Shown here piece after piece: positions 53,001 through 64,000 of a stretch of DNA of 64,000 bases. The notes under the pieces were generated by a model, which made no database searches, was not told where the DNA came from, and saw nothing but the letters and a program-made list of their open reading frames with translations. How positions within the stretch are numbered: position 1 is the stretch's first letter; every line of letters begins with the position of its first letter. This DNA comes from Anthoceros angustus. Lineage: Eukaryota; Plantae; Anthocerotophyta. A program made the translations under genes and the position numbers. The stretch is from the NCBI GenBank assembly GCA_010909165.1, contig MU008176.1:426856-490855 (forward strand). The letters run 5' to 3'.

Positions 53001-55520
53001 TGATAATAAGTCCACTTCAGGTTGAGGTGGGGGGACCCATACTGGCTCTAATGGCCGGCTCAACTTTATGGTCATAATAACTTCTGCTTCTACTTGATTC
53101 CATGCATTTTGTAGTGGAGTTGTAGGTGTTTGTTCTGTGCTGGGTTTATCTCCAGTTCCTTTAGGTGATTTAATATCCTTAGGTGATTTAGGTGACTTTA
53201 CTTCCTTTTCTTTTGCACCCTCGCCGGCTAATTTTCCCTTTTTACTTATTACTTCCTTTGTTTTAATTATATTCTCATCGTCATCAACAGGCTTTGACTT
53301 TGCTGTTACAACTCTTTCAGTTTGAGGAGGGCATAATGGCGGAGGTTCTTCAATTATAGGCTCAGGAAGTATAGGACATGTTATTGTAACTTCTGTGGCA
53401 CCTTCCCCAAGCAAACCTGACAAACCGTACATATCGAAGTTTCCATGATACCTTTGAAAAAAAGGATCCACTAGATCAGGTTGTTCGTCTTTAAGATATC
53501 TCGCAATTTCACCAGTATATTTCTTTTTCTTTTTCAAACTCAAAACTAGCTCATCTACTGCTTCCCCCGGTAAAAATCTTCGATAAGAAGCTCTCCCCCA
53601 TTTTAAGAATTTCTTTTTTCTCTCTAAAAGTAATTCTTCTTTTGTTTTCTCAACAACTTTTTGAGTATCTGAGTTTTTTCCATCTTTAGCATTTTTACTA
53701 ATATTTTCTTTTGCTCCTTCCTTTCCTATCCCTTTAATTTCTAAATCTCCTTCCTTCTTTTTGGTTTTCTCTCCTTTCTCCTTAACCTTACTAGACTCTT
53801 CCTTTTCTTTGGTTTTCTTTGAGTCTCCTGTCTCGTTATCGAGTTTGTTGCTGTTCATTCCAGGCTCTAGAGCTTGACTTTCAGCTAGCTTGGCTTCTTC
53901 AAGTAATTCAGGGAATAGGACTTGAGGTGGTGGGTCCATTTCAAGTGTATCAGTGATTGTTGTTATTCTGCACAACTCATTTCTTTCTTCTTGCTCAAGT
54001 CCTCTTAAGTTTTTCCACCATGCACCTGTAAATCCAGGAATATAAAAACCTAGCCTATAGTTGAAGGGATTAGCTCCTTGCTCAAAAAAATCGATGACTT
54101 TTGATGGAAGTGGTCGCACTTTAACATCAGAGATCTCCATAAAAACACCTTCTTCTTGATCGATTTTTGACAAAAGAGGGTAGCTCGTATGCAATGTGAC
54201 TTTTAGGCAAGCCCCTGGAAGCAAGCTAGGCTCTTGGGTTGCATCACTCTTCCCCTTCTTGGTTGATGATTTGTTGTCTTTTCCTTCTTTCCCTCCCTTC
54301 TCAGGTTTCTTCTCTGCTGGGTTTTTTGGAGCTGTACCTTTTTTTCCCTTTTTGGCACTTATTTCATCTGAACTAGACTCCACTATTAGCTCCAGTGGAC
54401 AAGCGAACTGCAAAGGATTTTGAGGGCTGCCTTCAGAATGTGTGTGAAAATGTAGAAGAGGGTTTAGATCTACTTTTGCCTTTGCAATTGCAACTTCGGA
54501 ACTACCATCATGTGATAATCTATAGAGTGTTATCACTACAGGTTCATGCATAAATGTGTGCCATAGCTTCCATTCACTAAATCTTTCAATTTCCCTGAAG
54601 ATTTATGAACTAAAGGTAAAGTTGTGCTATTGAACAACACAAAAACAATATAAGCAAGGATCACACAATGGGAACAAATAATCACCTGGCTACTCTCATC
54701 TCAAATGTTGCTGGTATAGGTGGTGGTGGTGGCTCCTCAACTTCTTTCACTTTCTTGTTTCCCTTCTTGTCATCTTTCTTGTCTTGGGTTTTCTTCCCCT
54801 CGTTTGGAGTATGTCCTTTGGTAGGCTCACTTTTCTTACTACCGGGAGTGCTTGGTGCAGATTGCACAAAAACCTCTCTACCGGGCATGATCTCTTCTTT
54901 CGGTGGAATATTGGGTGTAGAACCCTTTAAAGGCAGTAGCATCTAGATAACACTAAAGTACATGAATGTCAGATTTACACTAGGCTAATAGCTAAATAAA
55001 AACCAAATGTCTCACACAAATATTCACGTATATATCATCTTAGAACATAGGCTGAGTATTGTACTCGAAACGGAGGAATGTCAATTTCAGATGCGTCGAG
55101 CGACATCGGGCTTCTTGGTGTCTTCGGAGTTTTGGATGACTCAAGTTCGCTAGCCTCCTCCCCGGATGAGGAAGCCTGCTTCTCTCCTGGAAACTCAATG
55201 GAGACGGCTGCTCTAGATTTCGGCACATCGTCTCCTTCAAGATTCCACACTCCTTCTGCTGTAAGAACATCCAGCCTAATCAAACAAGGAGGAGTCGGGA
55301 CAATAGGCGGAGGCTTCGTGACATGTATTCGACAAGGAGGTCTATATCCATGATCTTCCGCGATGTAGGGCTTCCTAATTTCATCGAAGAAATCAAAAGA
55401 TGGATTTATGCCCACCGGGCCTCCTAATTGCAACGGCGGCACCTGGTTGAGATATTGAAAGTGGGCGACTTCTCTTTCTCGGATCGGATCCACCGGGTAG
55501 GATTTGGGAACTCTGGCCAT
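50074..55520 (-). CDS. CFAP70: CFAP70/TTC18-like cilia- and flagella-associated TPR protein
   Basis: The exon at about 52470-52715 (not in the ORF track) reads RRKILVQELHAAGTWKQIREDMKDKIMQIATEKF...LYMYLMDEI, matching the CFAP70 helix block RRxxLxxELNxSGKY...KIVREK..LYVYLVD. K/E-rich middle region and C-terminal TPR run (LWYSLG, LGYSNL, FWLGAG, KIWGYL). Several exon borders are approximate. Confidence 0.75.
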
Positions 55521-56191
55521 TGTTGAGAACCGTCGATGCTCAGTTAAGCAGCGAGTAAAACTCTTGCCTCCCAAGATTCTTTCTCACGCCCATCCATATC
55601 ATCGTATGACTCGCATTTCCGCTAAATTCAGGCTGGAGAAACATGCATCTTTTCCATGTCGCTTTCTGCGCACCACTTCATAACTCCCATGTGGAACGAT
55701 AGTGCTTGTTCCCACACATGATGCCCACCAGAGTCATGCTTGGGGTGTGGCAAGTTCATCTCAACGGCAACTTCAGGCGGCTTCTTCTCTGACAATCAGC
55801 GTCTATAGGGCGGCATACAGGTGTGAAAATCAGCTTCGTTCATGACGCCTGGCGCAAACACAGAAATTTCTATCCATCCTCTGAGAACAACACTCTCTGA
55901 AAAACACCGATTGACGGAGCAAGCGCTATGCAACCGACAAGACGGTTCTGTTTAGTCGTCATCGAGCCCAGGTTTGAAGCTATGCCAATTCCTGGCTAGG
56001 GCAAGACCAGGGACGGTGCCCTAACAAGCCCTAAACACTACAACCTATCCGAAACAAGGTGTCATTCCTGGCCCAGGCCCCTGAGCCAGCCTTCTCAGGT
56101 GAACTCCCAACTGGCTGCCCGTAATCAGATTCGTATGAAACAAACAGACCAGAACAAGAGAAAGAACACAAATCAGAATGAAGACCTCGCT

Positions 56192-56275
56192 GGTGCTCAG
56201 ATACAAAATGGATTTAGGTTTCATCCAAGCCTTCCAGAAGGCTCTGCTTAACGAGATATAGCTCATCACTGCACC
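56192..56275 (-). ncRNA. Box C/D snoRNA, U30-like (25S rRNA 2'-O-methylation guide), copy 1
   Basis: Terminal stem GGTGC/GCACC, box C GTGATGA, D' CAGA, C' GGATGA, box D CTGA. Guide ATCTCGTTAA is complementary to LSU rRNA GGA-UUAACGAGAU-UCCC (rRNA sequence recalled). Confidence 0.8.
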
Positions 56276-56761
56276 CCCCGCTCCTGACGCGACTCATCAA
56301 AGACCCCAAGGCAGTAATCACAGTGTTCTCCTACATGCAGGAACAATTTGCGTCACAAACCTGAAGCCCTCGCGGGCGGATCGGATCGACTTCAGGTAGG
56401 TAGCAAGCTTCTGTAGCCTTTGGTAAGGGCACAAGGCGAGGACATTGTAAGGTGTAAGAATGTATTGTCTAACCTTTTCCTTTCAACCTTGCGACGTATC
56501 ACAATACTATGCCTCGACTGCTGTCTCAAAAGATGGATACAAGAAGCAAAGGATTGACAGCTTGTGCTACGGGAAATGCACTCAACAGTTCTTTGTATGG
56601 GACTAATCTGCAAAACTCCCTAAAGGATACAGCTAAAGAAACAATGAGAGAACAAGGGCAAGTACATCAAGGCACACAACAAGAGGATTCCGCTGCACAA
56701 TGTGTGAGTCTGCCTGCCTGCGTGCAAACCCGAACCTGCTGTGAGCAGGAACAACACCTTT

Positions 56762-57316
56762 TCAGAAGTTCACATCCGCTCCCTCCTCTGCATATCCCCA
56801 GAAGTCGTTGTCATCGTCGTTCGGCTTGGCAGACCTCTTGGCAGCGTCGTCGCCCTCCCGGGGCTGGAAGGGGCCGCGCCGGGGCTTCCTCCTGCGCGCA
56901 GCCTGCTTCCGTTTCACGATATCCTGCGGCGTCTCGAAGAAGCGGCGGCGGCGACACTCGGGAATGACTCCCGCCTGCATCACAGCCTTGCGGAAGCGGC
57001 GCACCACGCTGTCAGCTGGCTCGTCCTCCCCGCAGAACACCTGCGCGTTGTAGGCTCCCTTGAACCACATGAGGTTGGCGTGCTGCAGCGCGGGGCAGCT
57101 CACCACAGCCGCCGCGTCTGTGCTCCAGCTCAGAGCTCCTGTTGCTGCTGCTAGCGCCGAGTTCTCCCGGACTTGCATCATGAGCCGGCCATGGCCGGAG
57201 GTGGTGCTCACGCTCACGCTGCCGCTGCTTCCGGATGTGGAGGCGTCCGGGGAGCATCGCGGCGTGACGGCCACCCTCGGCAAGGGCCCCAACATGCTCG
57301 CCATCGCCAATGCCAT
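56762..57316 (-). CDS. Plastid ribosomal protein bS21 family (GHS1-like), intronless
   Basis: Transit-like N-terminus, then CPALQHANLMWFKGAYNAQV..DSVVRRFRKAVMQAGVIPECRRRRFFE, the S21 signature. Confidence 0.85.
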   Translation of the reverse strand: MALAMASMLGPLPRVAVTPRCSPDASTSGSSGSVSVSTTSGHGRLMMQVRENSALAAATGALSWSTDAAAVVSCPALQHANLMWFKGAYNAQVFCGEDEPADSVVRRFRKAVMQAGVIPECRRRRFFETPQDIVKRKQAARRRKPRRGPFQPREGDDAAKRSAKPNDDDNDFWGYAEEGADVNF

Positions 57317-58216
57317 CGCGCAACTGCACAGGGCCCTTCCGTCTTACGGGTTTAGTTTATTTACCGACTCCAATCCTGACTACCTAGGTGGTCGAAATTA
57401 TGTGCCTATTATGTACAAATCAGTGTTTCCGAAAACCCACATCGACCCCAGCTGGTATGCAAGGGCAAGCACTCAACCAAGCTCAAGGGCGTGGCGATTG
57501 CAGGGTTGGGACATATGCTGATGTTCACAGCTGGAAGGAAGTTCACGTTTCTGAATCGAGATTGGAAATTGGAATATAGATGTCTCTCAAAACATTTGCA
57601 GACTGCGACATGATTCTCAAAATTGGGAGCGTGCAGCACTGACCGGGAACCAAGAAGGAATCCAGACACTGTTCCTCCACCCAAAGGAACCGCTAGCACC
57701 CAAGCCGCTTTCCAACCAGCCGAGGAGATGGCAAAAGCAGCAATCTACACATGGAGCGAAGTGGCGAGGAAGACACCAGAAAATGGGGGCACTTTGCCCT
57801 AAAATGCTTCTCGGAACAGAAGGTCTAACCCTAATTTTTCCCGAGCTACTCGTGGTCTAGTCGGACTGAACAGGGTGACCAAACTGGTGGACGCAATCTC
57901 AGTTTCACGATCAACATCACGGGTTTGCGCTCAATAGTTTTGAATCAGCAGTTCATAGCTACGTTCGACAGGCACAGCAAGGAGGTTCTAAGATAGAGAA
58001 ATTCATGGAGCATGGAGAATATGGGGCGGGAAACGCAGCATCAAGCATGGATCAAGAGCTTGAGTCTTGGAAGACTGGCAGCTTCATACTCAGGTGAGTA
58101 GGTCACACTATCGATGGATTTAAGACAACCAGCTATAGTGACAGCTACACCGATTCTGGACGAGGGGACTGTCTAAGATCATGCACATTCAGCATTCAGT
58201 AGCTGTATACGTACAC

Positions 58217-58823
58217 TCACTGGTTGGTGGTTTGAGATGACCAGATGGCGTGTGTGGTCTGCGGGGAATACTCGTCTGCTGTGCAGTAGATCACGAAGTT
58301 CCCATCGTTCTGCACGATCGCTAGGAACACACAGCCTGGAGTGTAGTCACACAACACAGTACAAAGTGAGGGGGGGTTCCGAGCATGCACACGGTTCGTA
58401 ACCAGAGCAACAAAGGGTGAATCAAGCGCATCATTGACCTACCCTCAGTCTGGCTACCAGTCTGCGAGGAGTCTGTCGCCCAGATAAAGTTGTTGCTACA
58501 GTCGTAGATTGCAAACCGGCCATCAGTCTGCATTGTTGCATAGCAGTTTACCCCTCTCCCATCGGTCTGAGAACTCCACAGAGCGGCGATGTTCTTGCGC
58601 GGTTCGTACAGCACCAGATTACAGTCCCACTGCATCACCACCATGGACGTGTGGTCGTCACTGATCAGCAGACCGCCGGGGGACAGCTTATAAGTAGCTT
58701 CCACGATGCGCTGCTTTGGCCGTCTTCTGATGCTTCCACTTGCATAAGGATGTGGCGTGCTGTGGTTTCCGCCAGCAGCAGCAGAATCCAGGTTTGAGCA
58801 GTTGTAAGCCTGTTGGGAGCCAT
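58217..58823 (-). pseudogene. GNA-type (bulb) mannose-binding lectin copy A, 4-nt deletion after the signal peptide
   Basis: QWDCNLVLY, QTDGRFAIY and QNDGNFVIY are intact, but ATG 58823 is out of frame with them (deletion near 58704-58710 relative to copy B). Confidence 0.8.
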
Positions 58824-59535
58824 CGAGCTTGAGCAGGGTAGAACGGGTGCCTAGCTTTGTCTCTCCCCGTCTTCCGTCAAGATTGAAAACGGAGAAACCC
58901 AAGTCCTGCGACCCAAAGCTGTGGGGTTCCCTTGATATCGTCGGGAGCATATGCCTAACCAGCCATTTGCGTGTGCCTCCTCCTCAAGGCTCGGGTGTAG
59001 GTATTCAATGTATACGCAATCACACCAGGTGACAAATGGAACAGTCGATTATTGCCGGGAGCAGGCCTGCAGGCAGCGTAGCTGCTGCTTTTCACTTTCA
59101 CTCTTCTACATTCATTCTGTCCCTTCATTCTTGTTATTTTACAGAACTCGCAAGTTCTTGCACTTACTGAGGGGGTGCTGATGTTCACACTTGGAAGGAA
59201 ATGTTCACGTTTCGGAGTCCAGACGGGAATGTCCATATACCTCAGAACGTTTGCAAACTGCAGAATGATTCTCAAAATTGTAGAGTGCATCAGTTTGCCG
59301 ATCAAAACATCACGATCACGGGTCTGGGCTCAAAAGCTCACAACCTCATAACTATGTTAGACGGGCAGAGCAAGGAGGTTTAAAATAAGATAGAGACATT
59401 CATGGAGCATAGATAACATGGTGCTGCAAACGCAGCATCAAGCATGGATCAAGAGCTTGAGTCCTGGGGGACTAGCAGCTTCATACTCAGGTGACTCAGT
59501 AGCTGTAACATGAGCTTAACAATGCAGTGCACAGA

Positions 59536-60153
59536 TCACCGCTGATTAGCGGTACCAGTCGACCAGACGGGGTGTGTGGTCTGTTGGGAATACTCGGTAG
59601 CATCGCAGTAGATCACCAGGTTCGCATCGTCCTGCAGGATCGCTTCGAACAGACAGCCTGGAGTGCGTTTAGTCACACAACGCAGTCCATGAGAAGTGAG
59701 GGGAGGTTCCGAACATGCACGCGATGCGTAACCAGAGCAGCGTCGGGAGAATTAAGCACTTGACTTACCTTCAGCATTGCTGCCAGTCTGCAAGGAGTCC
59801 GTCGCCCAGATAAAGTTGTTGTTACCATCGTAGATTGCCAACCGGCCATCGGTCTGCATCGTTGCATAGCAGCTGTCCCCTTTCCCACTCGTCTGAGAAC
59901 TCCACAGAGCCGCGTAGCTCTTGCGCGGTTCGTACAACACCAGATTACAATCCCACTGCATCACCACCAGGTGTGTGTTGGCGTCATTGACCATCATAGC
60001 GCCGGGGAATAGCTTATAAGAAGCGTCCAGGGAAGATCTGCTGCATTGGCCGTCTGTCATTGCTTCCACTGAAGTAAGCAAGTGGCATGCTGTGGTTGCC
60101 GCCAGCAGCAGCAGAAGCCCAGTTTGCGCAGTCGTAAACCGGTTGTGAGCCAT
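59536..60153 (-). CDS. GNA-type (bulb) mannose-binding lectin copy B, secreted; exons 60153-59769 and 59657-59536
   Basis: Signal peptide; QxDxNxVxY sites QWDCNLVLY and QDDANLVIY plus degenerate QTDGRLAIY; GT-AG intron. Confidence 0.88.
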
Positions 60154-60212
60154 GGAGCTTGTGCAAGGTAGAACGGATACCTGACTGTGTGTCTCTCCGT
60201 CTTCACTTCTCG

Positions 60213-60218
60213 TTTATA
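60213..60218 (-). promoter_or_regulatory. Candidate TATA box of lectin B
   Basis: TATAAA 60 bp upstream of the ATG; deleted in copy A and changed to TATGAA in copy C. Confidence 0.5.
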
Positions 60219-60596
60219 GTGCAGCAAGATTGAGAACGGAGAAACCCATGTCCTGCGACTCAGAGCTCTGGGGTCCCCTTGATGATATCGTCGGCAGCAT
60301 ATGCCTAGCCCATTTGCGTATGCTTCTTCCTCAAGGCTCGGGAGTAGGTATCTTATATATTCACACCAGGTAGCGATGGAACAGTCGATTGTTCACGTGA
60401 GCCTGCAGGCAGCGTAGCTGCTGCACATGCTTTCTGCCAAGCCAGTCCTCCCCATCTATTTAACGCTCAAAATCCATGGATATTGGTGAAGGCTGTGCCA
60501 GCGATGCACATAGCCTCTAGCAATACCCACGGGTTGTTCGAATTCCTCCTTGTCCCTCACCTTCGTTCCAAAATTCGTTCTTTTCGATTTTGTCAT

Positions 60597-60898
60597 TTTT
60601 GTGAAGGCCCGCCGGACCTTCGTTTTTGTGAAGGCCGGACCTTCGTCTTTGTTAAGGCCGGACCTTCGTCTTTGTGAAGGCCGGACCTTCGTTTTTGTGA
60701 AGGCCCTCTGAGGACCTTCGGTTTTGTGAAGGTCGTCTGAGGACCTTCGGTTTTGTGAAGGCCCCTCTGAGGACCTTCCCTTCGGTTTTGTGATGACACC
60801 TCTGAGGACCTTCGGGCACCTTCGTTTCTGTGAAGGCCTCTCATCACCGTTTTTGTGAAGGCCCCACACCACCGTTTTTGTGAAGGCCCCTCACCTTC
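60597..60898. repeat. Degenerate tandem array, 23-bp units grading into about 29-bp variants
   Basis: ggccggaccttcgt(c/t)tttgtgaa, then ggccctctgaggaccttcggttttgtgaa; about 11 units. Confidence 0.88.
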
Positions 60899-61281
60899 GT
60901 TATTTCCAATTTTGTGATCAGGACATAGCTTCTAGGTCAGGGCATTTGGACAGGTAAGAAATTCGAGGCATGGGTTGGGAATTGCTCCACCGAAAACCCT
61001 AAAGCCTCCGAGGCTACGACCTTACCTCCATGTTGTGAAATCTACCTCCTCACAGTCGGACAATTTTAATGGTTCAGGGGTTGCATCGGTGTGGCGATGC
61101 AGATCAGAAAAGAGGCGTACGACCTTCTGGTGGTTTCGGCTAGTTCGAAAACTGCGCAACAATCACCTACACACATACTAGAACCTGCACAAGCTTCTGA
61201 GCCAGCGTACTCAACGCACGCCTCACAGTTGTCTGAAACAAACAAACCAGAACAAAAACACAACCGTATGACTACCTCGCC

Positions 61282-61365
61282 GGTGCTCAGAAACAGAATG
61301 GATATGGTTTTCATCCCAGCCTTCCAGAAGGCTCTGCTTAACGAGATATAGCTCATCACTGCACC
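61282..61365 (-). ncRNA. Box C/D snoRNA, U30-like, copy 2
   Basis: Same stem, boxes and D' guide as 56192-56275; about 50 identical bp embedded in diverged flanks. Confidence 0.8.
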
Positions 61366-62169
61366 CCCAGACCGCGACAGGACTCAGCAAATACCCACAA
61401 GGCAAATCACACTCGTATCCCATGGGCAGGAACAATCTGTGGCGCCAACCTGAAGCCCTACCAGTCGCGACCGCAGTGTCGCCTGGCACAAGAGGAACAG
61501 CTGCCCAGACAATATGGAGGGCGCACTTCTAACACTGATCGTGTCATCCAGCGCCACCTCTCCGAGCTGAGATTTATACTCCTCTAACCCTAATTCTGTC
61601 TGGACCACCTAATAACCTAATCGAGGTCTTGTCCGTCTGCTTCCCTGCTGGTGAGGGTAAGCTGGATGCTTCCGCAAGCCCTTGGACAGGTGAGCTACCA
61701 GCGAACAATCTCAGTTCCTCAGGATCACGGGTGGCTCTCATTAGTTCAGCAGCTAGGTGATGGGTGACTACGTCTGACAGGCACAGGAATGAGGTTTCAA
61801 GATAGGTTGAGAAGCATTCATGGAGTGTAGCGAGCATGTAGCTGCAGACGCAGCGTCAGGTAAGAATCCAGAGCTACATTCCTGAAAGACTTGCAGTTTC
61901 AAATGACCAGGTGGGTGACATCGATGGATTGAACACACCAGCCATTATGACTGAAACCCTCCTTTTTTGGGGTAAGCAAGGATCGGTACTGCCCTAGCTG
62001 CCAGTCACATGCGTGTGAAGGAGGCATTGTCCAGAATCCTTGATTTGGTGAGATACATAGTTACAACGATTCAGGAGGATAAGGACATACAAGTCCAGGA
62101 GCTTGCACATCCAGAATTTAGTCGCTGTAACATACACAAGCTAATGGTAGATCACCCACTGCTGGTGTT

Positions 62170-62545
62170 AGATGATCAGGCGGCTGCAGAGGCAGGCTTG
62201 GAATACTCGCCAAAATCGCAGTAAATCACAAAATTTCCATAATTCTGCACGATCGCTTGGAACAAAATAGCAGGCTAGAGAAGTTTAGAGCACGAGAACT
62301 GCAACATCGGGAGGATTCATGCGCATGACTTACCCTCAGTCTGCAATGGAGTCCATCCCCCAGAGAAAGTTGGGGCTACCGTCTGGCGCAAACCGGCCAT
62401 CAGTCTTCATAGTTGCGTACCAACCACTTCCTTTCCCATTCGTCTGAGGTTGTGCTTTCACTGAAGTGAGCATGCGGCAGGTTGCGAGTGCCTGTAGCAG
62501 CAGCACAAGCCCAGTTTGAGCAGCTATAGGCCTGTTGTGAGCCAT
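62170..62545 (-). pseudogene. GNA-type lectin copy C, internally deleted with a premature stop
   Basis: Signal peptide MAHNRPIAAQTGLVLLL, subdomain 1 missing, stop after SIAD; exon-2 remnant AIVQNYGNFVIYC. Confidence 0.8.
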
Positions 62546-62683
62546 GGAGCTTGTGGAAGGTGAAAGGGGTATCTGTCTCTCTCCGTCTTCACGTCTTGTT
62601 CATAGTGCACCGAGATTGAGAACGGAGAACCCCATGTCCTGCGACTCATAAGCTTTGGGGTCTTGTATGGCATATGCTATCCT

Positions 62684-62760
62684 ATCTGACGTTGATATCA
62701 AAGATACTCACACCAGGTGGCATCTGACGTTGATATCAAAGATCCTCACACCAGGTGGCA
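62684..62760. repeat. Direct repeat, 38 bp x2, upstream of lectin C
   Basis: atctgacgttgatatcaaagat(a/c)ctcacaccaggtggc. Confidence 0.85.
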
Positions 62761-64000
62761 ATGGGACATTCCATTATTTTGGGCCTTCAAGTTGGCTGTG
62801 AATGAGCCTGCAGGCAGCATAGCTGCTGCTTTCACACTTGCAACCTTTCACAGTCATGCTGCCGAGCTGGTCCTTCTCATCTTCTCGAGGTTCAAAAGCC
62901 ATGGATATTGCTGCAGGCTGTGTCGGTGATGCCCACATACTGATGACCGAGAAGGACACACTGCATCGCTTCCTTGTGACACCAACAGGTGGTAGGTACT
63001 CTGGAACGGAACGTTACAGAAAAGGTTCCAAGGGACGCGGACACGGACCATGATGCTCACGGCGCCATGGGACGGCGAGTACTGTTGGGTGGACAGTTCT
63101 TGGGGTAACGGTACCGTCTGTGAAGGGCCTCGCAAACTGTCATACCTACCCACCTTCGTCCAGTACAGCATTTTTAAACTAGCATCGTTTTCTGCAGCTC
63201 TGCAGATTCAGAGAGGAGAACCATGTGCACCTAGGTGCTTAGGGAGCGTTACATGTAAGGCCTTGTTTTCGTCAGAACTGGATCGGATTCCTCACACTCC
63301 TCCCTCCTTGTACTTAATTTTGTCAGCACCAAATCTTGGGAAAGCAACCAGAAACAAATCCGCCTTTACCACAACCCTCCTTGAAGCAGATCTGCGCAGA
63401 TGTAAGCGAGCAAAATCTTCAGCCTTCATATGTTCACTATCGAGCTCGCTTCTTCTGTTTGTTTGTCTCATATCAGCCCCCAGCCTAATTCAGCCACCAG
63501 CGTACTGACTGTAATCCTGCATTTGCCATATTACCAGAAAACTATAATCATTTCTTGAAAGAGGCACAGAAATCTTTCGGAAACAGCTCCCCCGAGATTT
63601 ACTGTACTCCGTTTCCGGATCTTGCTAAGCTTTCTGTTTTGAGTTTGTGCCACTAAGAGGCGCGGCATCTCTCTCCTTGCTTCCTTATGCTATTTCTTAG
63701 AAGCGAGAGTTGAGAGGAGACAGTCCTGTAGCTTCACCACGTTGATCACAAGGCTGGCACGATTCGTGCAGCCTGTAAAGAATGGATCTTATAAGCCGCG
63801 AGGTGTTTAGGCGCGAAAGCATTCTAAACGCTACGGCCGAAAGACCGAGATTGTCTGGTAGGGACAACGCCCTTCATGGCCACTGACAACAACAAGCGCC
63901 TTTTCCGAGTTCTCCAGCAGCAACGAGTGAGTCAGATGGTGTCTGCTAATTTCCCCGATCTGCAAATTCCAGCGCGCTGCACAAGGCGTGGGAGTCGCGT

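Noticed and set aside
56240-56262. snoRNA guide targeting 18S (snR41/U62 site)
   Set aside because: Pairing to 18S CUUAACGAGG needs a G-U pair and the +5 rule misses the known methylated A; the LSU match is perfect over 10 nt and hits the U30 site.
60480-60565. tRNA or SINE suggested by a GTTCGAATTCC B-box
   Set aside because: No A-box at suitable spacing and no cloverleaf could be folded.
63050-63508. 152-aa ORF with a W/C-rich start
   Set aside because: No recognisable family and no convincing splice partners within the window.

Overview
Gene-dense, short-intron (about 80-140 bp) eukaryotic DNA from a land plant with flagellated sperm; the style fits a hornwort or similar bryophyte-grade genome (inference from gene content and intron size). 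Left to right: a GT90/CAP10-type glycosyltransferase with a decayed paralogue and a copia gag remnant; two tandem GH1 beta-glucosidases (copy 1 frameshifted after its signal peptide); a group-C TEY MAP kinase; a small spliced mitochondrial ATP synthase 6-kDa subunit gene that the ORF track does not resolve; a PhnP-like metallo-beta-lactamase; a second group-C MAPK; a plastid Rossmann-fold protein containing a U12-type AT-AC intron; a dead LINE with an internal 474-bp duplication; a clan-72 cytochrome P450; an ATX3/4/5-type trithorax H3K4 methyltransferase with an apparently very long N-terminal low-complexity extension; an AT-rich CFAP70/TTC18 flagellar gene; and a triplicated block holding two U30-like C/D snoRNAs, plastid ribosomal protein bS21 and three GNA-type lectin genes (one intact, two disabled). 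All splice models and family assignments were made by eye from motifs and remembered family sequences; no searches were run. I found no clearly new multi-gene system. The most notable signals are the ATX extension, the snoRNA pair, the signal-peptide frameshifts with alternative in-frame ATGs, and the AT-AC intron.
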